DNA of 64,000 nucleotides from Gemmatimonadales bacterium (GTDB lineage Bacteria; Gemmatimonadota; Gemmatimonadetes; Gemmatimonadales; GWC2-71-9), in the NCBI GenBank assembly GCA_041615815.1, contig JBFJCP010000007.1, forward strand, positions 1-64,000, in the 5' to 3' direction. Positions 47,855-56,737 of the stretch are shown piece by piece. Positions within the stretch are counted from its first letter, which is position 1, and the number at the start of each line of letters is the position of its first letter. The notes beneath the pieces were generated by a model that ran no database searches, had not been told where the DNA came from, and saw nothing but the letters and a program-made list of their open reading frames with translations. The position numbers and the translations under genes are program-made.

Positions 47855-49503
47855 GGAGTCGGTGCCTCGCCCTCGTACACCCAAGTACCACCCACCATCG
47901 TGCGGAGCACGCGCACCTGCCGAAGGTCGCCGGGGGAGACCCCGAAGAGATCGTGGGAAAGCACCGCCAGATCCGCGACGTACCCCGGGAGGAGTCGGCC
48001 TTTCCAATTTTCCTGAAACGCAGCATAGGCGGGACCGATGGTATACGCCTCCAACGCCTCCTGCACGGTAAGGCGTTCCTCCGGGTACCATCCGCCCTCG
48101 GGTTCGCCATCCAGCGTTTGGCGTGTCACCGCCGCGTAGATCCCCAAGAGCGGATCCGCCGGATACCAGGAGGCGTTGGTGCCTGGCCAATCCGAGCCGA
48201 AGACCAGCAAGGCACCACCCCGTTTCAGGGATCGGAACGCGTACGCGCCTCGGGCGCGAACGCCGATGCGCTCTTCCATCCACCGCATATCGTCGATCGC
48301 GTGGTACGGCTGCACTTCTGCGATGATGCCCAGACGTCCAAAGCGCACGAAGTCATCCTCCTCGATGACCTGCGCGTGGATCATGCGAAACCGCCGGTCT
48401 TTGACCCCGTTGGTCTGGATCGCGCCCGCGTACATGTCCAGCAGCGTGTCCACGGCGAGGTCACCAATCGCATGGATGTTCGGCGTCAGGCCGGCGGAAT
48501 CGGCCCCCACGATCAGCCGCTCCATGTTCCCCGGCGGTGACATCATGTCTCGCCAGCTCCCCAGCTCCCCTGGCCGGTGGCGGTATGGCTCGCGAAAACG
48601 CGCGGATGAGTTGCCCATGATCCCATCCACGAATCCCTTGAGTCCGCAGAACTGGATCCACTCGTTGCCAAAGCCCGTCACGACACCCACCGCCGCCAGG
48701 TCGACCCAGTGATCCAGCGTGGGACGCGCGCAGACTCGCACGGTGAGGGAGTCTCGCTCTGCCAGGTGTTGGAACAACCGCAGCTGAGCGGCCCCAGTGA
48801 TGTCATGGATCATCGTCACACCGTGCCGTGACAGGTCGCGCAGAGCCAGCCGCGCCTCGGCAAGGCGTTGAGCGAACGACGGCTCAGGGATCCGGCGACG
48901 GATGCGGTCCACGTCGTCTTCCGCGAGCACATCGCCGCGCGGCGCCATGCCAGCCGCCCGGAGAGCGGCAGAGTTGGCAACGTAGGCCGTACGATCCCAT
49001 TTGCTGAGCAGCACGGGCCGATTGCCGGTGAGGGAGTCCAGTAAAACGCGCCTGGGGTTCCAGGTGGTCTCGAGATCGTAGGCTCCCCAGTCACCGCCAA
49101 TCATCCACGCCTCCGCCGGCAGGCGCTCGTGCGCCTCCGTCACGCGGCGACGAAGCGCGCTGTCGCTGGAGACATCCAGCAGATTGACACCGAGGAGGAG
49201 TTGCCCGGCCCGGGCAAAGTGCGTGTGGGTATCGATGAACCCGGCCACCACGAAGCGGCCGCCGAGATTCTCTTCGACGGCATCCGGTCCCGCCGCGCGG
49301 CGAACGTCGCCGAGGGTACCCACGGCGAGAATGCGGTCTCCCCGGATCGCGATGGCCTCCGCCGAGGGTCGCGCCGAGTCTGCAGTCCAGAACCGCGCGT
49401 TGTGCAAAATGCGCACGGTGGAGCCGTCGGCCTGCGCCCACAGGCCGGGGGCGCCCATGGTCAGGGCCACGGCGGGGAGCACCAGCGCGCGCATGGGGAT
49501 CAT
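47851..49503 (-). CDS. Secreted amidohydrolase_3 (YtcJ-like)
   Basis: GFIDTHTH, KGFVDG, HAIGD, HAQ, FGSDWP. Confidence 0.88.
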   Translation of the reverse strand: MIPMRALVLPAVALTMGAPGLWAQADGSTVRILHNARFWTADSARPSAEAIAIRGDRILAVGTLGDVRRAAGPDAVEENLGGRFVVAGFIDTHTHFARAGQLLLGVNLLDVSSDSALRRRVTEAHERLPAEAWMIGGDWGAYDLETTWNPRRVLLDSLTGNRPVLLSKWDRTAYVANSAALRAAGMAPRGDVLAEDDVDRIRRRIPEPSFAQRLAEARLALRDLSRHGVTMIHDITGAAQLRLFQHLAERDSLTVRVCARPTLDHWVDLAAVGVVTGFGNEWIQFCGLKGFVDGIMGNSSARFREPYRHRPGELGSWRDMMSPPGNMERLIVGADSAGLTPNIHAIGDLAVDTLLDMYAGAIQTNGVKDRRFRMIHAQVIEEDDFVRFGRLGIIAEVQPYHAIDDMRWMEERIGVRARGAYAFRSLKRGGALLVFGSDWPGTNASWYPADPLLGIYAAVTRQTLDGEPEGGWYPEERLTVQEALEAYTIGPAYAAFQENWKGRLLPGYVADLAVLSHDLFGVSPGDLRQVRVLRTMVGGTWVYEGEAPTP

Positions 49504-49510
49504 GGACGCC

Positions 49511-50743
49511 TCACGACGGTCGGGAGTTCTGCAGTTTGCGGACGAAATCCGCGAGACGGGTCAGCGCGGTCTCGATGTCCTTTTCGCCGGCGGCATAGGA
49601 CAGGCGTGCCCACCGAGCATCCCCAAACGCATCGCCCGGTACCAGCGCCACGCCGTGCTCCGCCAGGAGTCGCTGACAGAATGTCGCGCCATCCTGCATG
49701 GCATCGTTGAACACGCTGTCCACGCGGAAAAAGAAGTAGAAGGCGCCCATCGGCTCCACGAATTCCACGCCGGGAAGTTGATCTCGAAAGTGGGACACGA
49801 CCATGTCCCGGCGACGGCGGAATGTCTCCACCATGCGCTCCACATCTGCCTCGACGCGCTGATCCGTGAGCGCGGCGGCGGCGGCCCATTGTGCGGGGTG
49901 GCACGCGCCACTGGTGACGTGCGTTTGGAGCGCCGCCATGGCTTTGGCCACGGGGCCTGGGGCCACGGCCAAGCCGATGCGCCATCCCGTCATGGCGTAG
50001 GCCTTACTGACCCCGGTTATCACCACCACGCGTTCGAGAAACTCGTCCGGCAGATCGAGTACCGAGGGCGCTGGTCCGGATCCGTAGTGAATGCGGCGGT
50101 AGATCTCGTCGGTCACGACCCAGAGATTGCGCTCCGTGGCCCATCCGAGAATCGCCTTCAGCTCCGCACGAGTGTAAACGGCACCCGTGGGATTCACGGG
50201 CGAGCACAAGATCAGCCCCGCTGTTTGAGGGTCGCAGGCAGCCTCGAGCTCGTCGGCGCTCACTTTGAGACTCCATTCGACGCTTCCGGCTACGTCCACT
50301 GGCTTGGCCCGCGCGAGATGGACCATCTGCGGGTACGAGACCCACGCGGGTGCTGGAATCAGGACACGATCCGTCGGCCCGAACAGTGCGAAGATCGCAT
50401 TGAACAACGCCTGTTTGGCACCGGTGGACACGACGATGTGATCGGCGTTGATGGGACGGCCCCCCGACAGCAACGAAAGATGCCGAGCCGCCGCCGCTCG
50501 TAGCTCGAGAATGCCGGCATTGGGCGGATAGTGGGTCTTGCCCTGTTGAATGGCCTTGGCCCCGGCGTCCGCGATCGTTTTCGGCGTATCGAAATCCGGC
50601 TCGCCCGCCGACAGGTCGATGACATCCTCGCCAGCGCGACGACGACGTTGCGCTTCCTGACTGATCGCCATCGTCTCCGACGGTTTGAGATGGTCCAAGT
50701 TCTTGGATCGAGAAAACGCAGGTGGGGCGGATGATGTCCTCAT
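49511..50743 (-). CDS. PLP-dependent class I aminotransferase (aspartate aminotransferase-like)
   Basis: GEPDF, SPVNPTG, DEIY, SKAYAMTGWRIG. Confidence 0.92.
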   Translation of the reverse strand: MRTSSAPPAFSRSKNLDHLKPSETMAISQEAQRRRRAGEDVIDLSAGEPDFDTPKTIADAGAKAIQQGKTHYPPNAGILELRAAAARHLSLLSGGRPINADHIVVSTGAKQALFNAIFALFGPTDRVLIPAPAWVSYPQMVHLARAKPVDVAGSVEWSLKVSADELEAACDPQTAGLILCSPVNPTGAVYTRAELKAILGWATERNLWVVTDEIYRRIHYGSGPAPSVLDLPDEFLERVVVITGVSKAYAMTGWRIGLAVAPGPVAKAMAALQTHVTSGACHPAQWAAAAALTDQRVEADVERMVETFRRRRDMVVSHFRDQLPGVEFVEPMGAFYFFFRVDSVFNDAMQDGATFCQRLLAEHGVALVPGDAFGDARWARLSYAAGEKDIETALTRLADFVRKLQNSRPS

Positions 50744-51906
50744 GGGCGTAGAACTCCATGTCGCTCGAGGATGGAACGCGTTTCGTTGAGCGGGAGGGCC
50801 TCCACCGTTCCACGGTGCCCACGAACAGTCGTGGCGAAGAAGAGCGAGTTGTAGATCGCTTCTTCGGTGGCCTCGATGACCGCCTGAAAGAGTGGACTCA
50901 TGTCTTCATTGGCCAGGGTGCCCGCAAGGCGTTGCACCGGCACGGAGCTGAAGGCGATCACGTAATCGCCGGATCCGTTGGTCATGGCACTGCCCGTCCG
51001 GGCGAGCCCGGCGAGTGCACGACGGGCGAGCCGCGTCAGATTCCGATGTGCCAACGGGGCGTCCGTTGCAACGACAATCATGATGGAGCCATCGCCATCG
51101 TCCGGGGACGGCGAATTCCCGAACTCTGGTCCCCGCCCCAGTCGCAGCTGATCCCGCAAGAAGTACCGGCCGAGCTCCTCACCCACGGGGGCCCCTCGGA
51201 TCGTCAACACTCCGCCGAAGTTGGTCTGGACGAGTACCCCCACACTCCATCCACCGAGGCGCTCCGGAAGCCGTCGACTGGAGGACCCGATGCCACCCTT
51301 CCACCCGAACGCGCGGGTGCCCCGTCCGGCACCCACGCTCCCCTGCTGCACCGGACCACTCTGTGCCGACCCAATGGCGGCAAGCACGTCGGCGGGCCCG
51401 ACCGGACGGGCCCGGATGTCGTTGAGGAATCCGTCGTTGGTTTCGCCGACCACGGGATTGGCGGAGCGCACGCCTTCGTTCCCTGGGTGCTCGAGGAGAT
51501 ACGTCAGCACCGCGTCGGCAGCCCGGGGGACGCAGAGGGTGCAGGTGAGCACAATCGGAGACTCCAACTCACCGAGCTCCTGCACCTGGGTAATCCCGGC
51601 GAGTTTGCCGAAACCGTTCCCGACCACGATCGCCGCAGGCACTTTCTCTTGAAAGACGTTACCACCGTGAGGGAGCACGACCGTGACACCCGTGTTGATC
51701 GAATCACCGCGGATGAGGGTGACCTGCCCCACCAGGATGCCGGCGACGTCGGTGATGGCGTTGAACGGTCCAGGGGAGAGGATCCCGACGGTCACCCCAA
51801 ACTCCCGCGCGCTCATGCGCTCCTGACTCATCCCCGAACGAGTCACCGCCAACATCGTGACGGCACAGACCGCCGTTCGGATCGACCAAGAGCCTCTCGC
51901 CCGCAT
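50740..51906 (-). CDS. DmpA / peptidase S58 (P1 family) aminopeptidase
   Basis: NAITDV, NGFGKLAG, ETNDGFLND, GSGD autoprocessing site. Confidence 0.9.
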   Translation of the reverse strand: MRARGSWSIRTAVCAVTMLAVTRSGMSQERMSAREFGVTVGILSPGPFNAITDVAGILVGQVTLIRGDSINTGVTVVLPHGGNVFQEKVPAAIVVGNGFGKLAGITQVQELGELESPIVLTCTLCVPRAADAVLTYLLEHPGNEGVRSANPVVGETNDGFLNDIRARPVGPADVLAAIGSAQSGPVQQGSVGAGRGTRAFGWKGGIGSSSRRLPERLGGWSVGVLVQTNFGGVLTIRGAPVGEELGRYFLRDQLRLGRGPEFGNSPSPDDGDGSIMIVVATDAPLAHRNLTRLARRALAGLARTGSAMTNGSGDYVIAFSSVPVQRLAGTLANEDMSPLFQAVIEATEEAIYNSLFFATTVRGHRGTVEALPLNETRSILERHGVLRP

Positions 51907-51945
51907 ATAGCGAAGGTCTCCAGTTCCCAGGATTGTGTCAACGCG

Positions 51946-52746
51946 TTAGCCAGGCGAATACGTGTCTCGTTTCCAGTGATACGGCAGCACGATCACGTTT
52001 CCCGATTCCTGAATGCCGTGCACCGCGGCAAGCGCATCGCGAAGAATGGTGCGCTGCTGCTCGCGATGTCCCGGCTCGCCGAACACCTGACCCAGGCGGA
52101 AACGGACCAGCACATTTCGCGGGGCCGGCAGGGCGTCCGTCATGGTTCGGACGACACTCATCGTAACCGTAGGAATGCCCATCGCTTCGATGACCCGAGC
52201 GACCAGTCCGACCGACTGGTGACACGTGGGTCACCCTGGGGTGGCCAGCACAAGATGAACGCCGTCGTCACGAAGGAGGCGCGCCATCGCGGGGGCGCTC
52301 TCGTCCACGAGGCGCCGTCGCTGGGCACCGAGCAGGTGTCCCACGAACCCAATATGTCGCGGCGCCGCCCTTCCCAATGCCCCTTCCGCCGCAAACTCAC
52401 GGACGCGCGCCAACGGAAAGACACAGTTCGGATCACGGTCCGCTGCCGCGTGGTCGTAATAGTCGTGGGTGATCATGAGTGCCGTCGGATCCACATCTCC
52501 CGGGATCACACGGAACGACGCATCGCCATCGGGATCGTCCATGGCGAACGGGGCCTGGGAGCGAAGGTGTACGCCGGCCGAAGTCACCAGCGCGACGCTC
52601 GCGTGGGCCAAGGTGACCCGGAGTGGGGCGAGCGGGGGAAGCGGCACGGCCGTGGGTTGCTCGCCTTTCAATCGGCCGTACCACTCGTTGATCCAATGAT
52701 ACCTGCTATACACCCTGGCTTTCAGACGATTCCACTTCCGTGCCAT
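51946..52746 (-). CDS. PrdB/GrdB-family selenoprotein (Sec encoded by UGA at 52231-52233, about residue 172 of 266)
   Basis: ORFs 52231..52902 and 51946..52182 are in one frame. Readthrough gives TPG-U-PTCHQSVGLVARVIEAMGIPT. Upstream motifs ALVTSAGVH and DPNCVFPL. Confidence 0.88.
52202..52220 (-). promoter_or_regulatory. Bacterial SECIS-like hairpin
   Basis: ACCAGUC-GGUCG-GACUGGU; 17 nt separate the UGA from the loop, which begins with G. Confidence 0.75.
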
Positions 52747-52825
52747 GACATCCCTCGTGGGGCCGTTGCGAGCTACCGGGGGAGAAGGTAGCATGAGACA
52801 TCTTTGACAATCGAGGGCGGACTTG

Positions 52826-54163
52826 ATGTCCTGGGAGTTCTCACCGGTGTTCGATGCCGGCCACCGCGCCGCCTTGGAAAAGGGAAAGCCGCTGTTGTAC
52901 ATAGCGCCACCCGCGGCGTGGACGTTGCCGCCCTTGTGGACTCACTTCCCCACTCCCGCAACCCAGAACGCCTTCGATCTCGTTCTCGTCCCCGACGTTT
53001 CCGTAGGGCTGGACGTCGCGGACGTGGTCCGCACCATTGACGAACGCCTGACCGTACACGTGTGTAGTGGTGTGGCGCGCACCGCCCGACGGCTGGCCGC
53101 CCACTGTGTCGCCACCCTCGTCGTCACGGCGCCCGACGCGCTGCAGCTTCTCGGCCGGTCACAGCTCGCGCTCGAACGCCTCGGGCGTGTCATCGTACTC
53201 TGGCCCGAAATCACCCTGCAGCATGAACCCAGCGACGCGCTCGACGCGGCCCTCGGCGAGTGTCGGGAGGCCCCCAGGGTGATCGTGGTTGGGGACGACC
53301 GGGACTCGAGCGACAGCGGTCTGGGAGGCTTCCTCAAGCGACACGCGCACAAGATCCCCACCGTCGTGGCGGCTCGCCCACCCGAGGAACCGGCTGGCAC
53401 CCTCCGCTACGCGGCGATCGGCCGAGACCGCCTCGCGTGGGCGACGCGGGCAGCGCTGGATCTTTTGAATCCCGGATCCGCGTACGTGTGGGACCCCTCG
53501 CCGCTGTCCGGTTCTCGATGGGCCGAGTTCGGGAACGATCCAACGATTCGCATCGACCCCACCGCCCCCGCGGAGCGGGTAGACTTGGCCTTGGTTGCCG
53601 AACTTCCTACGGGGACCGTGCTTGCAACACTCCAGGCAGTGACAGGACAGATCGTGGTGCTGGTTCGCCCGTATCAGTTGCCGTATCTCGAACGGCTCGG
53701 CGCCAAGCTCGGAGCCATTCGTCTCGTCAACGAAGTGGACCGAGCGCGCGACCGGGCATTCGACATCCGCCGTGCGCTTCGGGGAGTCATCTCCGATGCC
53801 GCGAGCTCCGCGGAGCTGATCGCGTTGGCACCCCTGTTCGACGAGTACGACCCCGCGCTGGTCGCGGCGGCGGCGCTTCGCATGTCGGAACCACCCGAAC
53901 CCAAGGAAGAACCAGTCCGCGAGCCTCGGATGTGGGCACGGATCCGGTTGGATGTTGGCAGCGGCAATCGCATTCGGACCGCGGATGTCGTGGGGGCCCT
54001 GCTCAATGCCGTGGGGCTCGCGCGGCAGGAGGTGGGCCGGGTGGATGTGCGGGATCGGTTCACGCTCGTCGACATCCGCCCCGAGGCCGTAGATCGCGCG
54101 GTGCAGGGACTGAACGGATTGTTACTCAGGGGACAACGGGTCGGCGCACGGATGGAACGATGA
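52826..54163 (+). CDS. Degenerate DEAD-box-like protein with C-terminal DbpA RNA-binding domain
   Basis: C-terminal LDVGSGNRIRTADVVGAL...VGRVDVRDRFTLVDI; Walker A and DEAD motifs absent. Confidence 0.7.
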   Translation: MSWEFSPVFDAGHRAALEKGKPLLYIAPPAAWTLPPLWTHFPTPATQNAFDLVLVPDVSVGLDVADVVRTIDERLTVHVCSGVARTARRLAAHCVATLVVTAPDALQLLGRSQLALERLGRVIVLWPEITLQHEPSDALDAALGECREAPRVIVVGDDRDSSDSGLGGFLKRHAHKIPTVVAARPPEEPAGTLRYAAIGRDRLAWATRAALDLLNPGSAYVWDPSPLSGSRWAEFGNDPTIRIDPTAPAERVDLALVAELPTGTVLATLQAVTGQIVVLVRPYQLPYLERLGAKLGAIRLVNEVDRARDRAFDIRRALRGVISDAASSAELIALAPLFDEYDPALVAAAALRMSEPPEPKEEPVREPRMWARIRLDVGSGNRIRTADVVGALLNAVGLARQEVGRVDVRDRFTLVDIRPEAVDRAVQGLNGLLLRGQRVGARMER

Positions 54164-54194
54164 TGCCATCCCGTAACCGAAGCCCGGAATGGCC

Positions 54195-54333
54195 GCGTGT
54201 TGCCTTGGGAGCCAGGGCCTCAACGGCATCCGTGTGCACCCGTATCCCTGGGGATCCCGCACGCCGGGTCCACCGCCGTGGCGTTCGACGGCAACCGGTG
54301 TAACCGATGGTCTGGACCGCCACCGCAACACGC
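54195..54333. ncRNA. Candidate structured RNA in intergenic region
   Basis: Nested complementary segments seen by eye (9-bp closing stem plus internal hairpins); family not identified. Confidence 0.3.
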
Positions 54334-54407
54334 TTGCCCCGCCTTCTGTGACTCGCTAACGTCCAACCGCCCTCGCCGTACCCCACCCGCATGAGGCCAA
54401 CGAATTC

Positions 54408-55010
54408 ATGCTGCACAGCACGCGTCCCGGATGGATCGAGGTGGTTTGTGGCGTCATGTTCAGTGGGAAGAGCGAAGAGCTCATTCGCCGGGTCCGCCGG
54501 GCGGTGATCGCCAAGAAGAACGTGCAGGTGTTCAAGTCGCATCTCGACGATCGCCAGGGCGTCTACAGTGTCACGACACACGACGGCCTGCGCGTCGATG
54601 CCTACCCGGTGGACTCGTCGACGGAGATCATGCGCCTGGTCCAATCGGATACGGAGGTCGTCGCCGTCGATGAGGCGCAATTCTTGGACGAGGGGATCGT
54701 CGAGGTGTGCGCCGAACTGGCCCGGCGCGGCATTCGGGTCATTGCCGCTGGTACGGATACCGACTTTCGCGGGGAGCCGTTCGGCGCGATGCCGCACCTG
54801 ATGGCCGTTGCGGAAGTGGTGGACAAGCTCCACGCGATCTGCGTCCGCTGTGGCGATCCCGCCTGTCGCAATCAGCGCTTGATCGACGGGCAGCCTGCCA
54901 AGTACGACTCTCCGACGATCATGGTGGGTGGCAGCGAGGCATACGAGGCTCGGTGTCGCCATTGTCACGAGGTGCTCCCGGCCGACGCGGATCAAACGAA
55001 GCTCCTATGA
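54408..55010 (+). CDS. tdk: Thymidine kinase
   Basis: [29 protein letters not shown]. Confidence 0.95.
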   Translation: MLHSTRPGWIEVVCGVMFSGKSEELIRRVRRAVIAKKNVQVFKSHLDDRQGVYSVTTHDGLRVDAYPVDSSTEIMRLVQSDTEVVAVDEAQFLDEGIVEVCAELARRGIRVIAAGTDTDFRGEPFGAMPHLMAVAEVVDKLHAICVRCGDPACRNQRLIDGQPAKYDSPTIMVGGSEAYEARCRHCHEVLPADADQTKLL

Positions 55011-55060
55011 CCCGCTGCCCGACCACCTTCCCGCGGTGCGAGTAAGTTCCGTCCTTCGTC

Positions 55061-56200
55061 ATGCTGAACGTCGGGTTGACCGGAAACATTGCTGCGGGGA
55101 AATCGACCGTGGTCCAGTGGTTCGCCGAGTGGGGTGCAACGGTGGTGGACGCGGACCAGCTCGTCCGCGACGTGCAGCGGCCTGGCTCGCCGGTGCTCGC
55201 GGCCATCGCCGCGCGGTTCGGCGCCGACGTGCTCACGCCGGACGGCTCCCTCGACCGACCCGTGCTCCGCCAACGGGTGATGGGAGACGACGACGCGCTC
55301 GCGGTGCTCAACGGGATCGTCCACCCCGCGGTGCGGCGGGAGCGCACGAAGATCGCCGACGCGGCGTTGGCGCGCGGCGACTGCGTCTTGGTCAATGACA
55401 TCCCGCTCCTCTTCGAGGTGTTGGATCCCAAGAGTTTCGATCTCGTGGTCTTGGTGGACGCGAGTCGCGAGACCCGGCGGCACCGCCTCACCGCGCTGCG
55501 GGGTCTCGCTCCCGCCGACGCGGACCGGCTCATGGCGTCTCAGCTTCCGTCCGAGCACAAGCGTATGCGGAGCGATATCGTGCTCGACAACGACGGCAGT
55601 CTCGAAGACCTGCGCAGCGAGACATGGCGTGCCTGGGAGACCATTCGTGCGCAGGCGGCCCGACGCGCGCTCGGGGCGCCCGGGCGTCTCCTGGCCGTCG
55701 TGTCGACCGCGGGTGAGGAGGCCTGGCAGATGGGTGGCACCCTGGCTCGATACGCCGACGCGGGGGTGGACGTGGCGATGGCCTACCGCGCCGGCGCGCT
55801 CGATGCCTTCCAGGCCTCGGCCGCCGCGCTGGGCGTCGCATCGCTGGGCAGCATTGGGCCCGAACCCATGACGGCGCTGCCCGGCATCCTCCAGCAGTTC
55901 GCCCCGACGGTGATCCTCACCACTCCAGACCTTTCGACCGCCGCCTCGGCCGCCGGGCAGGGGAAGGACTTGTTGCGTTTATGCACGGTCGTGACCCCGG
56001 CACCGCCGGGAGCCCCGCCCGGGGCCGTGATCGACGTACGTCCCTGGCAGGACCGAAAACGACTGGCCGCGAAGGGGTATGACATGAACGGGGCCGCGGC
56101 GACAGCGACTTGGCTCCACGTGGAGCGGGAAGCGTACCACGCGGACCCTCCCCACGGTCGTCGGCTCACCGACCTGTTCCAGGGTCTCCAGCCCAGTTGA
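55061..56200 (+). CDS. coaE: Dephospho-CoA kinase fused to degenerate PIG-L/LmbE-like domain
   Basis: GLTGNIAAGKST, LDR, IVHP, IPLLFE; C-terminal RLLAVVSTAGEE...GGTLARYA. Confidence 0.85.
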   Translation: MLNVGLTGNIAAGKSTVVQWFAEWGATVVDADQLVRDVQRPGSPVLAAIAARFGADVLTPDGSLDRPVLRQRVMGDDDALAVLNGIVHPAVRRERTKIADAALARGDCVLVNDIPLLFEVLDPKSFDLVVLVDASRETRRHRLTALRGLAPADADRLMASQLPSEHKRMRSDIVLDNDGSLEDLRSETWRAWETIRAQAARRALGAPGRLLAVVSTAGEEAWQMGGTLARYADAGVDVAMAYRAGALDAFQASAAALGVASLGSIGPEPMTALPGILQQFAPTVILTTPDLSTAASAAGQGKDLLRLCTVVTPAPPGAPPGAVIDVRPWQDRKRLAAKGYDMNGAAATATWLHVEREAYHADPPHGRRLTDLFQGLQPS

Positions 56201-56225
56201 CAGCCCTTGGGTCGGCGGGTAACCT
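56197..56225 (+). promoter_or_regulatory. Sigma70-type promoter for gcvH-gcvP
   Basis: TTGACA-17 nt-TAACCT. Confidence 0.65.
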
Positions 56226-56265
56226 ACCCGCGATCCGTGAACCACCACCGACGCAAACACTTTCT

Positions 56266-56655
56266 ATGTCCGATATTCCCGATAGCCTGCATTACACCGA
56301 AGAACACGAATACGTGAAGCAAGCGGACGAGAATGGCGTCGTCATCGTGGGCATCACGGATTACGCACAGGGCGAGCTCGGGGATGTCGTGTACGTCGAG
56401 CTTCCGGACGTGGGCGCGAAGTTCAGCCCGATGGATGTGTTTGGAACCATCGAAGCTGTCAAAGCAGTCTCGGAGTTGTTTTGTCCGTTGACCGGAGAGG
56501 TCGTGGAGATCAACGAGGCGTTGGAGAAGGATCCCGCGATCGTGAATCGGGATCCCTACGGGGACGGATGGATGATCAAGTTGAGGTTGCGTAATCCGCA
56601 AGAGCTGGAGCGCCTCCTCACGTCGACGGACTACGCCCAACACATCGGCGAGTAG
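56266..56655 (+). CDS. gcvH: Glycine cleavage system H protein
   Basis: GITDYAQGELGD, IEAVKA (lipoyl-Lys), DPYGDGW. Confidence 0.95.
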   Translation: MSDIPDSLHYTEEHEYVKQADENGVVIVGITDYAQGELGDVVYVELPDVGAKFSPMDVFGTIEAVKAVSELFCPLTGEVVEINEALEKDPAIVNRDPYGDGWMIKLRLRNPQELERLLTSTDYAQHIGE

Positions 56656-56737
56656 CGGGTTACGGGTCCCGCTCACGATTCCGTAGACACGATGCGCCTC
56701 GGGGGGTCCCGGGGCGTTTGCACGCATAGGACCGACC

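Noticed and set aside
51946..52902. Apparent split gene or pseudogene
   Set aside because: The stop is a UGA at the expected Sec position of a UxxC motif, followed by a SECIS-like hairpin, so recoding is more likely.
56200..56266. Glycine riboswitch before gcvH
   Set aside because: The predicted leader is only about 35 nt and has no aptamer motifs. gcvT is not in this cluster.
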